This document shows, piece by piece, positions 53,916 to 64,000 of a stretch of 64,000 bases of DNA. The notes below the pieces were generated by a model. The model saw nothing but the letters and a program-made list of their open reading frames with translations. It did no database searches and had not been told where the DNA came from. This stretch comes from an uncultured Phycisphaerales bacterium. GTDB taxonomy: Bacteria > Planctomycetota > Phycisphaerae > Tepidisphaerales > Tepidisphaeraceae. Position numbers and translations under genes: made by a program. Every line of letters begins with the position of its first letter. Position 1 is the stretch's first letter. The stretch covers positions 2,272,001 to 2,336,000 of the forward strand of contig CAVWVQ010000003.1 of assembly GCA_963758525.1 (NCBI GenBank). The letters run 5' to 3'.

Positions 53916-55826
53916 ATGCGGCTGGGCACCAAAATCCTCCTGCTGATGCTGACGATCACGATCGGCTCTTCTGCGATGGTCACATGGATCGTCACGCGTC
54001 GCGTCACGCAATATGAATCCGACAATGCCAACGAACTCATCTCGCTGACGATCAACCGTTATCTCCGGCAACTCGACGCGAATTATCAGCAGTTCAGTCA
54101 CGTGGTGCGGGCGATGCTGGGTGATCCCGAGCCAAGGTCGCTGCTGCAGGCCGCCGATGACCCGGCCGGCGCGGCGGCACGCGCGCAACTCGGCGAGGAG
54201 GTGCTGGGTCGTGACGTGCAAACGGAACTGGCCAGCCAGGGCGCGGCGCCCGCGTTCCACGTGCTGACGAATCTCGCGCATGAGGTGGTTTTGGTAGCGG
54301 TGCCCGGCGCCGATCGCCGGCTCGAAAAGCTCCTGAGCGAACAGGTCACCAATTGGCCGGTGGACGAGGTGATCGGTTCGAGGAATCGACCAGTCATTCG
54401 CTATGTTTCGGCCGACGGAAAACTTTTTATGACAATGGGGATACCGCTCCAGGAGCAGCTCGATGAACCGCCCACGCACGCCTATTTCGTCGGCTTCCGC
54501 ATCGACGACAACTGGGTGCGCGGCCAACTCCTGGCGGAGCATCCCGCGCCGGGGTCGACGCTCATCCCGTTGGAGGCGTGGTTTGTCCTGGATCAAAAAG
54601 TCGTCGCATGCGGCTCGTCGGACCCGGCAGACACGGTATGCGGTCGTTTCAATCCGTCGGGGATGACCCGCAGAATTGACAGTGGCAAATCTGACCGCCC
54701 GGAGGTGAACCTCGTGACCTTCGATCTGGCGGGCGATCGGTTTGTGGGACAATCCGTCGATCTCCGCGGCCAGGTTCGGGACGGGAAAGTGGTTCTTGCC
54801 GGTTCACTGGACCAGGCGCTCGCGCCGCTGCACGCGCTGCAGCGATATATCCTGTTGACGACCCTCATCGCCTGCTGCATCGCGATCGTTGCCTGCCGCG
54901 CGATCGCCTGGACGATCTCGCGGCCGATCCGGGAGTTGGTTGCCGGAACCCGGCGGATCGCCGCGGGCCGCTTTGATACCCCCGTTCTCATCAAGCGCCG
55001 CGACGAATTGGGAACACTGGCGAGCAGCTTCAATCAGATGTCCGAGGGGTTGAGAGAGCGCGAAGAGCTGCTGCAACAGCGAGCCAAAACCGAACGGGAA
55101 TTGGCGGTTGCGCGGCAGATTCAGATGGATGTTCTTCCCGAGCATTTGCCGGTCTGCGCCGGGTACGATCTGGCGGCAATGTCCGTTCCGGCGGAACAGA
55201 CCGGGGGAGACATTTACGATCTGCTGACGCTGGCCGCCGGGCCCCGCGTCTTCATTCTCCTTGCTGATGCGACCGGCCACGGCATCGGGCCGGCGCTGTC
55301 GGTCACACAGGTGCGATCGATGCTGCGCATCGGCCTTCGATTGGATGCATCGCTGGAAGATCTGTTGTGGCAGGTCAATGCGCAACTTCATCAGGACCTG
55401 GGCTCGAGCCGGTTCGTGACCGCGTTCCTTGGCATCCTCGACCCGGTCGGGCATCGAGTCAGCTATCACTCCGCCGGGCAGGGCCCCTTGCTCCATTTCC
55501 ACGCGAAGGATCGGCGGTTTGAATGGCTCGCGTCGTCGATGCCGCCGCTGGGCGTCCTCGCAGGCGCCGAGACCGATGGCCCGCACTGCATCATGCTCGA
55601 GCCGGGCGACTGCCTCGCGCTGCTCACCGACGGCTTCTATGAATATCGCGATTCTCAACGCCAACTGTTCGGCAAAACACGCGTCATGCAGACGGTACTG
55701 AATTTCCAGAATCGGCCGGCGGCCGAACTGCTCGGGCAGCTCTACGCCGACATTCAGGGGTTTGCGGCGGGCGAGCTGCAACTGGATGACATGACCGGCG
55801 TGATCATTCGCCGTCTGGAAGCGTAG
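53916..55826 (+). CDS. Membrane HAMP plus SpoIIE/PP2C phosphatase
   Basis: DELGTLASSFNQM, GGDIYD, DATGHG, TDG, DDMT. Confidence 0.93.
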   Translation: MRLGTKILLLMLTITIGSSAMVTWIVTRRVTQYESDNANELISLTINRYLRQLDANYQQFSHVVRAMLGDPEPRSLLQAADDPAGAAARAQLGEEVLGRDVQTELASQGAAPAFHVLTNLAHEVVLVAVPGADRRLEKLLSEQVTNWPVDEVIGSRNRPVIRYVSADGKLFMTMGIPLQEQLDEPPTHAYFVGFRIDDNWVRGQLLAEHPAPGSTLIPLEAWFVLDQKVVACGSSDPADTVCGRFNPSGMTRRIDSGKSDRPEVNLVTFDLAGDRFVGQSVDLRGQVRDGKVVLAGSLDQALAPLHALQRYILLTTLIACCIAIVACRAIAWTISRPIRELVAGTRRIAAGRFDTPVLIKRRDELGTLASSFNQMSEGLREREELLQQRAKTERELAVARQIQMDVLPEHLPVCAGYDLAAMSVPAEQTGGDIYDLLTLAAGPRVFILLADATGHGIGPALSVTQVRSMLRIGLRLDASLEDLLWQVNAQLHQDLGSSRFVTAFLGILDPVGHRVSYHSAGQGPLLHFHAKDRRFEWLASSMPPLGVLAGAETDGPHCIMLEPGDCLALLTDGFYEYRDSQRQLFGKTRVMQTVLNFQNRPAAELLGQLYADIQGFAAGELQLDDMTGVIIRRLEA

Positions 55827-55998
55827 AAGTTGTGGTCGGACTGAATCAGGTCGCCGACACGATCATCGGCCGTCAGGGGCCTGTCGGTTTGGGCGTTGGC
55901 GTGTGAGTTGCGAACATCCGGCGACTCTAGTCCTTCGCACTTGCCGACTACCACCACTTCTTCATCGCGGCCGAATTGTTCCTGCCTACAATCTCGGC

Positions 55999-56505
55999 AT
56001 GGCTCCCGGCTCCGACATCACGTGGTCGATCCGTTCCTTCCGACCGGAAGACGCGGATGCCTGCAAGATGCTTTACCACGACGCGCTGCTCGGCGGAAAA
56101 AAGCTTGCGGAAAACGACACCGGTCTGGACATCGATGACATCCAGGGTGTTTACATGGAACACTCGGGCAATCACGTCTGGGTGGCCGAGTCGGATGGTC
56201 AGATCGTGGGTATGGTGGCGGTGCAGCATAACGATGAAAGCGTTGGCGAAATCCGCCGGCTGCGGGTTGCTGAACGCTACCGCCGTCGCGGGATTGGCAG
56301 CGCACTGCTGGAGCGGGCGTTGGCGTTCTGCCAGGAGTGTGAATATTCGAAGATCACGCTGGACACGTTCATCGAACGCGAGCCGGCAGTCCGATTATTC
56401 GAGAAATTCCGCTTTCATCATGATCACACGCGAAATCTTGCCGGCAAAGATTTGCTCTATTTTTACGTGGATTTGTACACCGGGCCGCCACGGCCGCATC
56501 ATTGA
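55999..56505 (+). CDS. GNAT acetyltransferase
   Basis: RLRVAERYRRRGIGSALL. Confidence 0.9.
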   Translation: MAPGSDITWSIRSFRPEDADACKMLYHDALLGGKKLAENDTGLDIDDIQGVYMEHSGNHVWVAESDGQIVGMVAVQHNDESVGEIRRLRVAERYRRRGIGSALLERALAFCQECEYSKITLDTFIEREPAVRLFEKFRFHHDHTRNLAGKDLLYFYVDLYTGPPRPHH

Positions 56506-56526
56506 CCTGCGGAAGCAGAGGGGGCA

Positions 56527-56666
56527 GCGCAATGAGTCCGGCGACAAGTCGCTCGGCTGCGCGCTGGCGCGACGACTGCACCCCCTTGAGTTCGATTAGT
56601 CCCGCCGTGGCGCGCCAGAGTCGCGCCAGCGCACAGCCGAGCGACTTGTCGCCGGGCTCATTGCGC
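56527..56666. repeat. REPIN-like long inverted repeat, 47-bp arms
   Basis: 56527-56573 vs 56620-56666 with 2 mismatches; each arm contains a CGACAAGTCG mini-palindrome. Confidence 0.9.
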
Positions 56667-56746
56667 GGGCCGGGATCGCGTCGCGTTAACCCCGAATCAC
56701 CGAATTTCAAAAGGGGCGGTACAGTCGCGGCAGCGCGGCGCCCGCA

Positions 56747-57994
56747 TCAGCGCGCGGGCGTTGATACCGCCAGCCGGTCGAGGATGACGGGCAGCGCCGC
56801 GGGCGGCGATTGTTCGCTTCCGACAAACAGCGAGCAGTGGTCCGCGGGAAGGATCACCATGTCTTTCACGCCGGCCAACCTCGTGCTGCGGACGCTGACG
56901 GGGCCATCGGAATGGCCGGTGCTTTCGGCCAGTCGCTGCGCCTTGCGCTCGAGGCCATTTTCAAGCTGCCGGACGCCCCACCAATCGGCTGCGCAGTTGG
57001 GCGTCCACCCTTCGATCCTGCGGGCCCACTCCGACTCGAAAGTCGCGACGGCACTGTGCGAACCCCCGATCACCGTATAGCGCACGCCGGCGCGGCGCGG
57101 CTGGGCATTGAGCCGATCGAGAAAGTCGGAGCCAGGCAGGCAATCGCCCGCGCCTTCGCCCAGCCCCTCGGTCACGACCCATGACCATCGCCAGTCCGGA
57201 TCCGTCCGCGACAGCGCATATTGCTTTTGCGCCTTGAGCAACAGATGCAGCCGCGCCCATTGCGAGCCGCTGTTGGGTGTTCCGACCATGATCAGATGAT
57301 CCACGCCGCCGTGGTAATCGGCTCCCTCCACATAGGCGCGGGCGATCAGCCCGCCCATGCTGTGGCCGATCAGATCAACGCGAATGGCGTTGAACATCTC
57401 ATGCAACGCGGTGAGATGCCGGTCGAGCAGCTTCACGTCGTCCGCGATTGCCTGATCGGCCGGATAGCAAAAATATGCAACCTGCACTCCGCGCTCCTCA
57501 AGCAGCGCGCCCATCGGCCGAAGCATCGAGCGGTCACAATCGAGCCCGTGGATCAGCACCACCAGATTCTTCGCTGGGTCGACTCGCGCTGGAAGGAATA
57601 AGCCGTAGCGTCGCGCTTGCGCGGCAGTCGCCTGCGGGTTGTCGGCAGCGACAAACGTCCGCAAAGTCTCCTTGGTTTGTTCGACGGAGCGGGGGAAGTG
57701 CTCTGAGTCAAACCGGAACATCAGGACGTTGTCGGAAATCGTGATCCGCCAGCCATCTCCGCAGGACGCGTTGAGAGCCTGCAGAAACAGGGATCCGCGC
57801 CAGCCGTTCAAATCGATCTGGCCGCGCCCCGCATGCCACGCGGGCAGATGCACGCCCTCGCACGCGGCCGCGGCAAGATCGGACAAGGCCAGTCGACCGT
57901 CATGCAACGGGAGCCGAATTTCATGCGGGCTGGCGAGCGCCGGCACCGAAGCCGAGAAAATTCCCAGCACGCCCAGAAGAATGGTAACTTTCAT
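56747..57994 (-). CDS. Secreted lipase-like alpha/beta hydrolase
   Basis: IHGL, GHSMGG, GTPNSGS, DGPV, H. Confidence 0.88.
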   Translation of the reverse strand: MKVTILLGVLGIFSASVPALASPHEIRLPLHDGRLALSDLAAAACEGVHLPAWHAGRGQIDLNGWRGSLFLQALNASCGDGWRITISDNVLMFRFDSEHFPRSVEQTKETLRTFVAADNPQATAAQARRYGLFLPARVDPAKNLVVLIHGLDCDRSMLRPMGALLEERGVQVAYFCYPADQAIADDVKLLDRHLTALHEMFNAIRVDLIGHSMGGLIARAYVEGADYHGGVDHLIMVGTPNSGSQWARLHLLLKAQKQYALSRTDPDWRWSWVVTEGLGEGAGDCLPGSDFLDRLNAQPRRAGVRYTVIGGSHSAVATFESEWARRIEGWTPNCAADWWGVRQLENGLERKAQRLAESTGHSDGPVSVRSTRLAGVKDMVILPADHCSLFVGSEQSPPAALPVILDRLAVSTPAR

Positions 57995-58264
57995 TCGATC
58001 TCCGCGAAAAGCTCTCGCGCGACTGCGAGCGATATCAACATAGACAACTACTGCCCAAATTGGCGAGTGATCGGGCATTAGATTCCGTAGCCGATATTAT
58101 CATCGGAATTTTCCTGAGTCAGCCCGAATTTCACTTTGCTGTAGCTTGCTCTCTGGAGCGCCCGCCGGTTATTCTGACGCACGTCCATGTATCCGCAGGT
58201 TGTTGCCGCGGAACTTGACCCACGACCGGCGATGGTTGCCGGCAATGGAAGGCAGGGTATTGCG

Positions 58265-59310
58265 ATGAACGCACCCAATTCTGATTTCACGTCGCGCGCT
58301 GCGCGCGTTTCCGGAACAAACTATAAATTCCAGCGGCTGCGGGAGGAGATCCGCCGCGCAGTCGCCTCCGGCGAGTTGCAGGGAAAGCTCCCTGGCGAGC
58401 GCATCCTGGCCGCGCGTTTCAAAGCCAATGCGAAGACCCTCAGCAAAGCGCTGACCGACCTGGCCGCCGAAGGCATCCTCGAGCGCATCATCGGCCGCGG
58501 GACCTTCGTCAAAGGTTCGCTCCATTCATCCGATGCCCTTGGCCGCTGGCTGCTGCTGACAAACCCGACCGGGATTGCTTCGCCGCTGCTCGACGCGATC
58601 GGCGTTCTGAATCCGAATCATCAACTGGCCCACGATGTCAGCGGACTGCGGCCCAGCTTTCTCGCTCAGTTCAGCGCGGTGATCGATCTGGCGTCGTGCG
58701 CGCCCGATGCGTTTCTGCGCGATCTGACCGTCCGCAACATTCCGGTGGTTCTGATTGATCGTGAGCCAGGCTCGCTGTCGCTGCACGCGGTGCTGCTCGA
58801 CGCGGCGCTCGGGGCGCCCGGCTGGCCCGGGAGATGCTGCTTGCAGGACACCGCAAGCTGATTGCCGTCGAGCGCCACCATTCCTCGCTCCTGGGTCACT
58901 CCGTGCGGCAGGTTGCCGCGCGATATGCGGCGGACGCGACGGTGGAAGTCTGCGCCCCTCATGAGCTTGGGGCAATCATCGACGGCAGGGCAACCGGGAT
59001 TATCTGCGACTCCGCTGATGCCGCCGCGGCAGTCCGCGACATGGCAAACTCGTTCGGATTGCAGATACCCGAACAACTGTCGCTTGCGGCGGTCGGGTGC
59101 GCCGCCGCGCCCGTACCAGCCAGCGGCTATTACATTTCTCCCTCTGCGCTGGCCGCCGTGATTGCCGGGGTGCTGCGCGAAGCGCAGATCGCGCGCCCCG
59201 CGGTTTTGTGGCTCAACGGCGAATGGAGCGATGCTGGAAGCATCTCTTTGGTCGGGGCCGCACCGACCGCTGACCACCCCAATCCGCTGCGCATGGGCTT
59301 GGCGATTTAG
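58265..59310 (+). CDS. GntR-HTH plus LacI-type sensor regulator; frameshift near 58815
   Basis: LPGERILA...GRGTFV; GHRKL and IPEQLSL in the second frame. Confidence 0.85.
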
Positions 59311-59352
59311 AGAGCGTTTCAGCACCGGAAAATCTTACTCCGGCCCCGGACT

Positions 59353-59529
59353 AGGGTTTAGGGGTTCAGGGTGTCAGGGTTCAGGGTTCAGCGGAAAACC
59401 TGCGATACTGAAACCTTGACACCCCGAACCCTTAACCCGGGTTAACCCTAAACCTTGACTCCCTGAACCCTGACCCCTGACACCCTGACCCCTGACCCCT
59501 GACCCCTGACCCCTGACCCCCTGAACCCT
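59353..59529. repeat. Heptamer arrays in inverted arrangement: (TCAGGGT)n then (ACCCTGA)n
   Basis: About 5 units at 59353-59391 facing about 15 degenerate units at 59408-59529. Confidence 0.92.
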
Positions 59530-59595
59530 CACCACCGCTTCTCAGCTTCCGGCTTGGAAGGTAGGCGCACTTCGGCAGGTCGCTACGATGCGTTG

Positions 59596-60887
59596 ATGCT
59601 GCAGCGGCGAACCTGGCAGGAAGAACTGGCGATCATCGACTGGACGATGAAAGCCATCTCCGGCGTCACCGATCCCGCCCAACTGGTCGAGGTCTACTGG
59701 ACCGGGATCGGCGAGCTGATCGAGATGGGCGATTACGTCGCGTTGTCCCGGCGAAACGTCGAGCCGCCCTTCTATCTGGTCACGCGATCCTCTCGGTTTA
59801 CCGAACACCCCAATCCCTGGACGCAGCGGGAGCGCCTGCCAATGCTTTCCGGCGGACTGTTGGGCGAGCTCGCGTATGCGAATCAGCCGGTTCTGATCGA
59901 AGATCTTCCCGCGCGCGTCAGCGACGACGACCCTGGCCGGTTTTACCTCCAAGGCTTTGAGAAGCTGCTGGCGCTGCCGCAATACGATAACGGGGAGGGA
60001 ATCAACGTCACGGTGATGCTTCTGGAGCCGGGGATGGAATTCGATACAGCAAAGATTCCCTCCCTCCACTGGCAGGCCGGGCTGTTTGGACGCGGCACGC
60101 AGAACCTGGTGCTGCGCAACCAGCTCACCGATGCCCTCGCGTCGCTCAACCGCGAGCTCGAAACCGTCGGCGCCATTCAGCGCTCTCTGCTGCCCGATGC
60201 GCTCCCCGCCATCGCCGGGTTCGAATTGGCCGCGCACTACCGCACCAGCGCCCGCGCCGGCGGCGATTACTACGATTTTTTCCCCCTCGACGATGGCGGG
60301 TGGGGACTATTTATCGCCGACGTGGCGGGCCATGGAACCCCGGCCGCGGTACTGATGGCCATCACGCATGCCATTGCTCACGCACAACCCCGCGCCCACA
60401 CACCGCCTGGCGTGTTGCTCGATTATCTGAACCGGCGGCTCACCCGAGCCTACACGCACGGCGGAGCGTTTGTAACGGCGTTCTACGCGGTGCTCGATCC
60501 GCCCACCCGCACGTTGATCTATGCCCGCGCCGGCCATAATCCGCCGAGGCTGGTGCGCAACCGGCGTGTTCTTTCGCTCGACGGCCACGGCGGCCTGCCG
60601 CTGGGAATTCTCGAAGAGCACAGCTACGAGCAGTCGTCGGTGGAACTGCAGCCCGGCGATCTCCTGCTCCTCTACACCGACGGCATCACCGAAGCCGCTG
60701 CTCCCCTCAAAACAGGCGAAGAGCGCGAACTGTTTGGCGTTGAACGCCTTGATGCACTGCTGCTGGACTGCGCCCCTGCAGCCCGGCTGAGTGTATCAGC
60801 CAAATTCAAGCCGGCATCGCGACCTTCGCTGCCAATGCCCCGCCGACGGACGATCAGACGCTTCTGGCAATCCGATGCGTTGCATAG
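59596..60887 (+). CDS. GAF-like plus SpoIIE/PP2C phosphatase; frameshift near 60775
   Basis: GGDYYD, DVAGHG, AGHNPP, YTDG; final DDQTL in another frame. Confidence 0.9.
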
Positions 60888-61310
60888 GAGCAGCGGGGGC
60901 CGCCGTGAGCCGGGGTCAGCCGCAATACCGTCCAGTAAATGTTCGCGATGGGGGGAATTCTAGTGTTTGTCGTTCGAGTACGTACGCCGCCAACGCATTG
61001 CGGCTCATTCGCGGGAATGCATCCGCTCCAATGTCAATCCATCCGACGAAATCCGCTGAAACTGGTAACGGCCCTTCCGATCGGCTACGCTCTTGCAGGA
61101 ACGTGGGTGTCGGCCGTTGAATATTGGCATAAATGCCGATAATACATGGTCCAACGGGTTCCCCACGGTCGATGATGCTGGCGATGGATCGCTGGCGAAG
61201 CGCTCGACGATGTGGCTGGCGGACGCCGAAAGATGCGGTGCCGCTTCATGTCAAGGAAGCTTTTGTTCGGCGCGTCGATCCGACATTCTGGAGTGTTCGG
61301 AGGTTTGTAA

Positions 61311-63263
61311 ATGGCCTTGCTTGATTCCATTCATGCGCCCACGGATGTGCGCAAGCTTTCGATCGCTCAACTCGACACGCTCGCTCAGGAAATGCGCGAA
61401 AAGATCTTCGCGGCAGTTTCCAAAAATGGCGGGCATCTTGCCTCCAACCTGGGCGTTGTCGAGCTTACCCTCGCACTGCATTATGTTTATGACTTTGGAG
61501 CGTATCCCGCCGGGCCGGATCGGCTTTTCTTTGACGTGGGGCATCAGTCTTATCCGCACAAGCTGCTGACCGGCCGGGCCGGCGAGTTTGATCGGCTTCG
61601 CAAAAAGGGGTCGGTCGGCGGGTTTCCTTCGCCCCACGAATCTCCCTATGACCTTTTTGCCGTCGGGCACGCGGGAACCGCCATCAGCACCGCTGTCGGG
61701 ATGGCGCGGGGAGATCACCACCTTGAGCGGCAAAGCCATGTTGTTGCAGTCGTTGGAGATGCGTCCATTGTCAACGGAATGGCCTTTGAAGGGCTCAACA
61801 ACGCCGGCACGCTGAAGCGGCAGATGTTGATCATTCTCAATGACAACGGCATGAGCATCAGCAAGCCGCAAGGCGCTTTTGCCCAGTACCTCGAGCGCGT
61901 CCGCGTGAGCGAGACGTACGAAGAAGCCAAGAGATTTGCGACCAAGATCGTTCATCACCTGCCTCATAACGTGGAGCGAACCATCGAAGGGGCGTGGCAC
62001 GCCTTCCGCGACGGGCTCAAGGGTGCGATGTGGCCGATCCAGATTTTCGAAGGGCTCGGCATTAAATACCTGGGCCCGCTGGATGGTCACGATCTGCCGG
62101 GTCTGATTCAAACGCTGGCGGAGATCAAGCACGTGCAGTCGCCGGTGCTCCTCCACATTAAGACGATCAAGGGGCAGGGATACGAAGTGGCGGCCAACGA
62201 GCCCACGAAGTTTCACAGCCCGTCCGCGTTTCAGGTCGAGGGATGCCGGGTCACGCTCAACAAGAGCTCGGGCAAGTCGTGGACTACGGCTTTTGCCGAC
62301 GCCATGATCGACCTGGCGAAGCGCGACAGCCGGGTCGTGGCGCTGACGGCTGCGATGCCGGACGGCACCGGGCTCAGTCGTTTCGAACCGAAGTTCCCTG
62401 ACCGTTACTTCGATACCGGCATCTGCGAGAGCCATCTTACGGGAATGGCCGCGGGCATGGCCAAGGCGGGGCTTCGCCCCTTCGCGGCGGTGTATTCCAC
62501 ATTCATGCAGCGGGCGTTCGATCAGGTCTGGCAGGAGGTCGCGCTCAATGCGCTGCCGGTCTGCTTTTGCATGGATCGGGCCGGTTTTGTCGGCGACGAC
62601 GGCGCTGTGCACCACGGATTTATGGACCAGGCGTTTCTCCGTCCTCTCCCCGGCATGGTGCTGATGGCGCCCAGCGACGAGGCGGAACTGAACCGCTCGC
62701 TGCGGCTGGCGCTCTCGCTGGAAACCGTCAGCGCCGTTCGCTATCCGCGCGACAATGTCCCGGCTGCCAATTTCGATCAGATCATTGATGAGCCGTTGCG
62801 GTCGGCCGCGGCCGAGGAATGGACCGTCGGCAGGAGTCGGGTGCTCCGCGAAGGGACCGACGCGACGCTCATTGCCTATGGCGCGCTGGTGCAGAACGCC
62901 ATGATGGCGGCAGACCAGTTGAGCGCCGACGGGTTGAACGTTGGCGTCATCGATGCGCGATTCTGCAAGCCGGTGGATGGAGAAATGCTCTCGCGCGTTC
63001 TCAAGCCGGGTCATCCGGCGCTGACAATTGAAGATCATTCCCTGCAAAACGGCTTCGGCAGCGCCGTGGCCGAATATGCCGTGGCGCACAATCTTCCCAC
63101 CTCTGCTCTCACGCGGCTGGGGATGCCGGATCGTATGATCGCGCACGCCACCCGCACCGAGCAGTTGATCGAAGTCGGCCTCGACCCCGCTGGGATCGCC
63201 CGCAGCACCCGCGATGCCATTCGAGCGGCAGGGGAAACGGCGGCGCGGCCGCTGGCGGTATAG
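61311..63263 (+). CDS. dxs: 1-deoxy-D-xylulose-5-phosphate synthase
   Basis: GGHLASNLG, DVGHQSYPHK, GDAS..NDN, DRAGFVGDDG. Confidence 0.98.
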   Translation: MALLDSIHAPTDVRKLSIAQLDTLAQEMREKIFAAVSKNGGHLASNLGVVELTLALHYVYDFGAYPAGPDRLFFDVGHQSYPHKLLTGRAGEFDRLRKKGSVGGFPSPHESPYDLFAVGHAGTAISTAVGMARGDHHLERQSHVVAVVGDASIVNGMAFEGLNNAGTLKRQMLIILNDNGMSISKPQGAFAQYLERVRVSETYEEAKRFATKIVHHLPHNVERTIEGAWHAFRDGLKGAMWPIQIFEGLGIKYLGPLDGHDLPGLIQTLAEIKHVQSPVLLHIKTIKGQGYEVAANEPTKFHSPSAFQVEGCRVTLNKSSGKSWTTAFADAMIDLAKRDSRVVALTAAMPDGTGLSRFEPKFPDRYFDTGICESHLTGMAAGMAKAGLRPFAAVYSTFMQRAFDQVWQEVALNALPVCFCMDRAGFVGDDGAVHHGFMDQAFLRPLPGMVLMAPSDEAELNRSLRLALSLETVSAVRYPRDNVPAANFDQIIDEPLRSAAAEEWTVGRSRVLREGTDATLIAYGALVQNAMMAADQLSADGLNVGVIDARFCKPVDGEMLSRVLKPGHPALTIEDHSLQNGFGSAVAEYAVAHNLPTSALTRLGMPDRMIAHATRTEQLIEVGLDPAGIARSTRDAIRAAGETAARPLAV

Positions 63264-63306
63264 GGGCGGATGTTCGAAGAAATTGCTTTCTCCCCGACCC
63301 TTCGGT

Positions 63307-63386
63307 GGTGCTTGCACCGTGGGTTTCTTGACTGAAGTTCGCCACGACGCCACCACCGCAAAACTCAACCCTACGGCGCAAGCACC
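63307..63386. repeat. REP-like inverted repeat
   Basis: GGTGCTTGCACCGTGGGTT ... AACCCTACGGCGCAAGCACC. Confidence 0.65.
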
Positions 63387-63485
63387 AGAGGCGCTTGGGT
63401 TTCCCGACCGCGCCAGCGTTTCAAAACGCCTGAAACACGTCCAACCTTCGCAATTCCCCCGGTCATTCCATAAACTTTCAATCGC

Positions 63486-64000
63486 ATGGCAACGCTCTCG
63501 TTCGACATCGATCCGGTCATCGAAGGCAAAGCCCGGCTGACCGAGCCGCAGGCTATTGAGTTGTACGCGCATCCCTCGCTTGAAGATCTGGGCGAATGGG
63601 CGCTGGCGGTCACCCGGCGGATGCATCCGGAGGACTATCGCACCTACGTCATCGACCGGAACATCAACTACACGAATGTCTGCACCGCCAAATGCACGTT
63701 CTGCGCATTTCGCCGCGATCATGAAGACGCCGACAGCTACACGCTGACTTACGAGAAGATCGGGGAGAAAATTCGCGAGCTGGTCGCGATCGGCGGAACG
63801 CAGATCCTCATGCAAGGCGGAATGAATGACGCGCTGCCGATTGAGTATTACGAGAATTTGCTGCGGTTCATCAAGACGAACTTTCCGACGGTGCACATTC
63901 ACGCGTTTTCGCCGCCGGAGTTCGTGGAGTTTGAGCGGTTCTTCAATCTGGATGTACGCGAGATCATCCGGCGATTTCACGCGGCGGGGCTCGACACGAT
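63486..64000 (+). CDS. mqnC: Radical SAM cyclic dehypoxanthine futalosine synthase (5' part, runs off window)
   Basis: Translated by eye: YVIDRNINYTNVCTAKCTFCAF, QILMQGG, HAFSPPE. Confidence 0.88.
   Translation, partial: MATLSFDIDPVIEGKARLTEPQAIELYAHPSLEDLGEWALAVTRRMHPEDYRTYVIDRNINYTNVCTAKCTFCAFRRDHEDADSYTLTYEKIGEKIRELVAIGGTQILMQGGMNDALPIEYYENLLRFIKTNFPTVHIHAFSPPEFVEFERFFNLDVREIIRRFHAAGLDT

Noticed and set aside
59353..59529. Possible CRISPR array
   Set aside because: 7-nt tandem units without spacers; no cas genes
61251..63980. 909-aa minus-strand ORF
   Set aside because: Antisense shadow of dxs and mqnC in high-GC DNA

Overview
High-GC bacterial chromosome segment. Gene content (LEPLESRxLF planctomycete extracellular motif, DUF1559-type prepilin, PEP-CTERM beta-strand-repeat proteins, PQQ propeller) points to Planctomycetota, probably Phycisphaerae/Tepidisphaerales; this is an inference. 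About a dozen single-base frameshifts, mostly in G/C runs, suggest an uncorrected long-read assembly. The most notable structure is a complete 3966-bp cargo-carrying IS1-like element at 365-4330, with perfect 19-bp terminal inverted repeats and an 8-bp target duplication. It sits between a PEP-CTERM gene and its upstream region. It encodes a DDE transposase, a small basic KGG protein, a coiled-coil/wHTH-like protein, an unannotated 55-aa ORF, a candidate structured antisense RNA, and an EcoRI-family methyltransferase (catalytic core deleted) paired with a DUF262-HNH nuclease. An identical 18-bp box lies both in the transposase promoter spacer and over the start of the KGG gene. 4.4-24 kb is a surface-protein/accessory region: two PEP-CTERM genes each followed by the same ~100-bp repeat, a ~2100-aa extracellular protein, a prepilin, an OGT-like protein, and a TA-like pair split by a 277-bp MITE. 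The rest is mostly housekeeping and signalling: parDE with a duplicated parD, sahR-like/ahcY, radA with a repeat-derived insert, GGDEF-EAL, CheR plus a coiled-coil kinase, metH, mazEF, an ERCC4 nuclease, two SpoIIE phosphatases, dxs and the start of mqnC. No rRNA, tRNA or CRISPR array was found.
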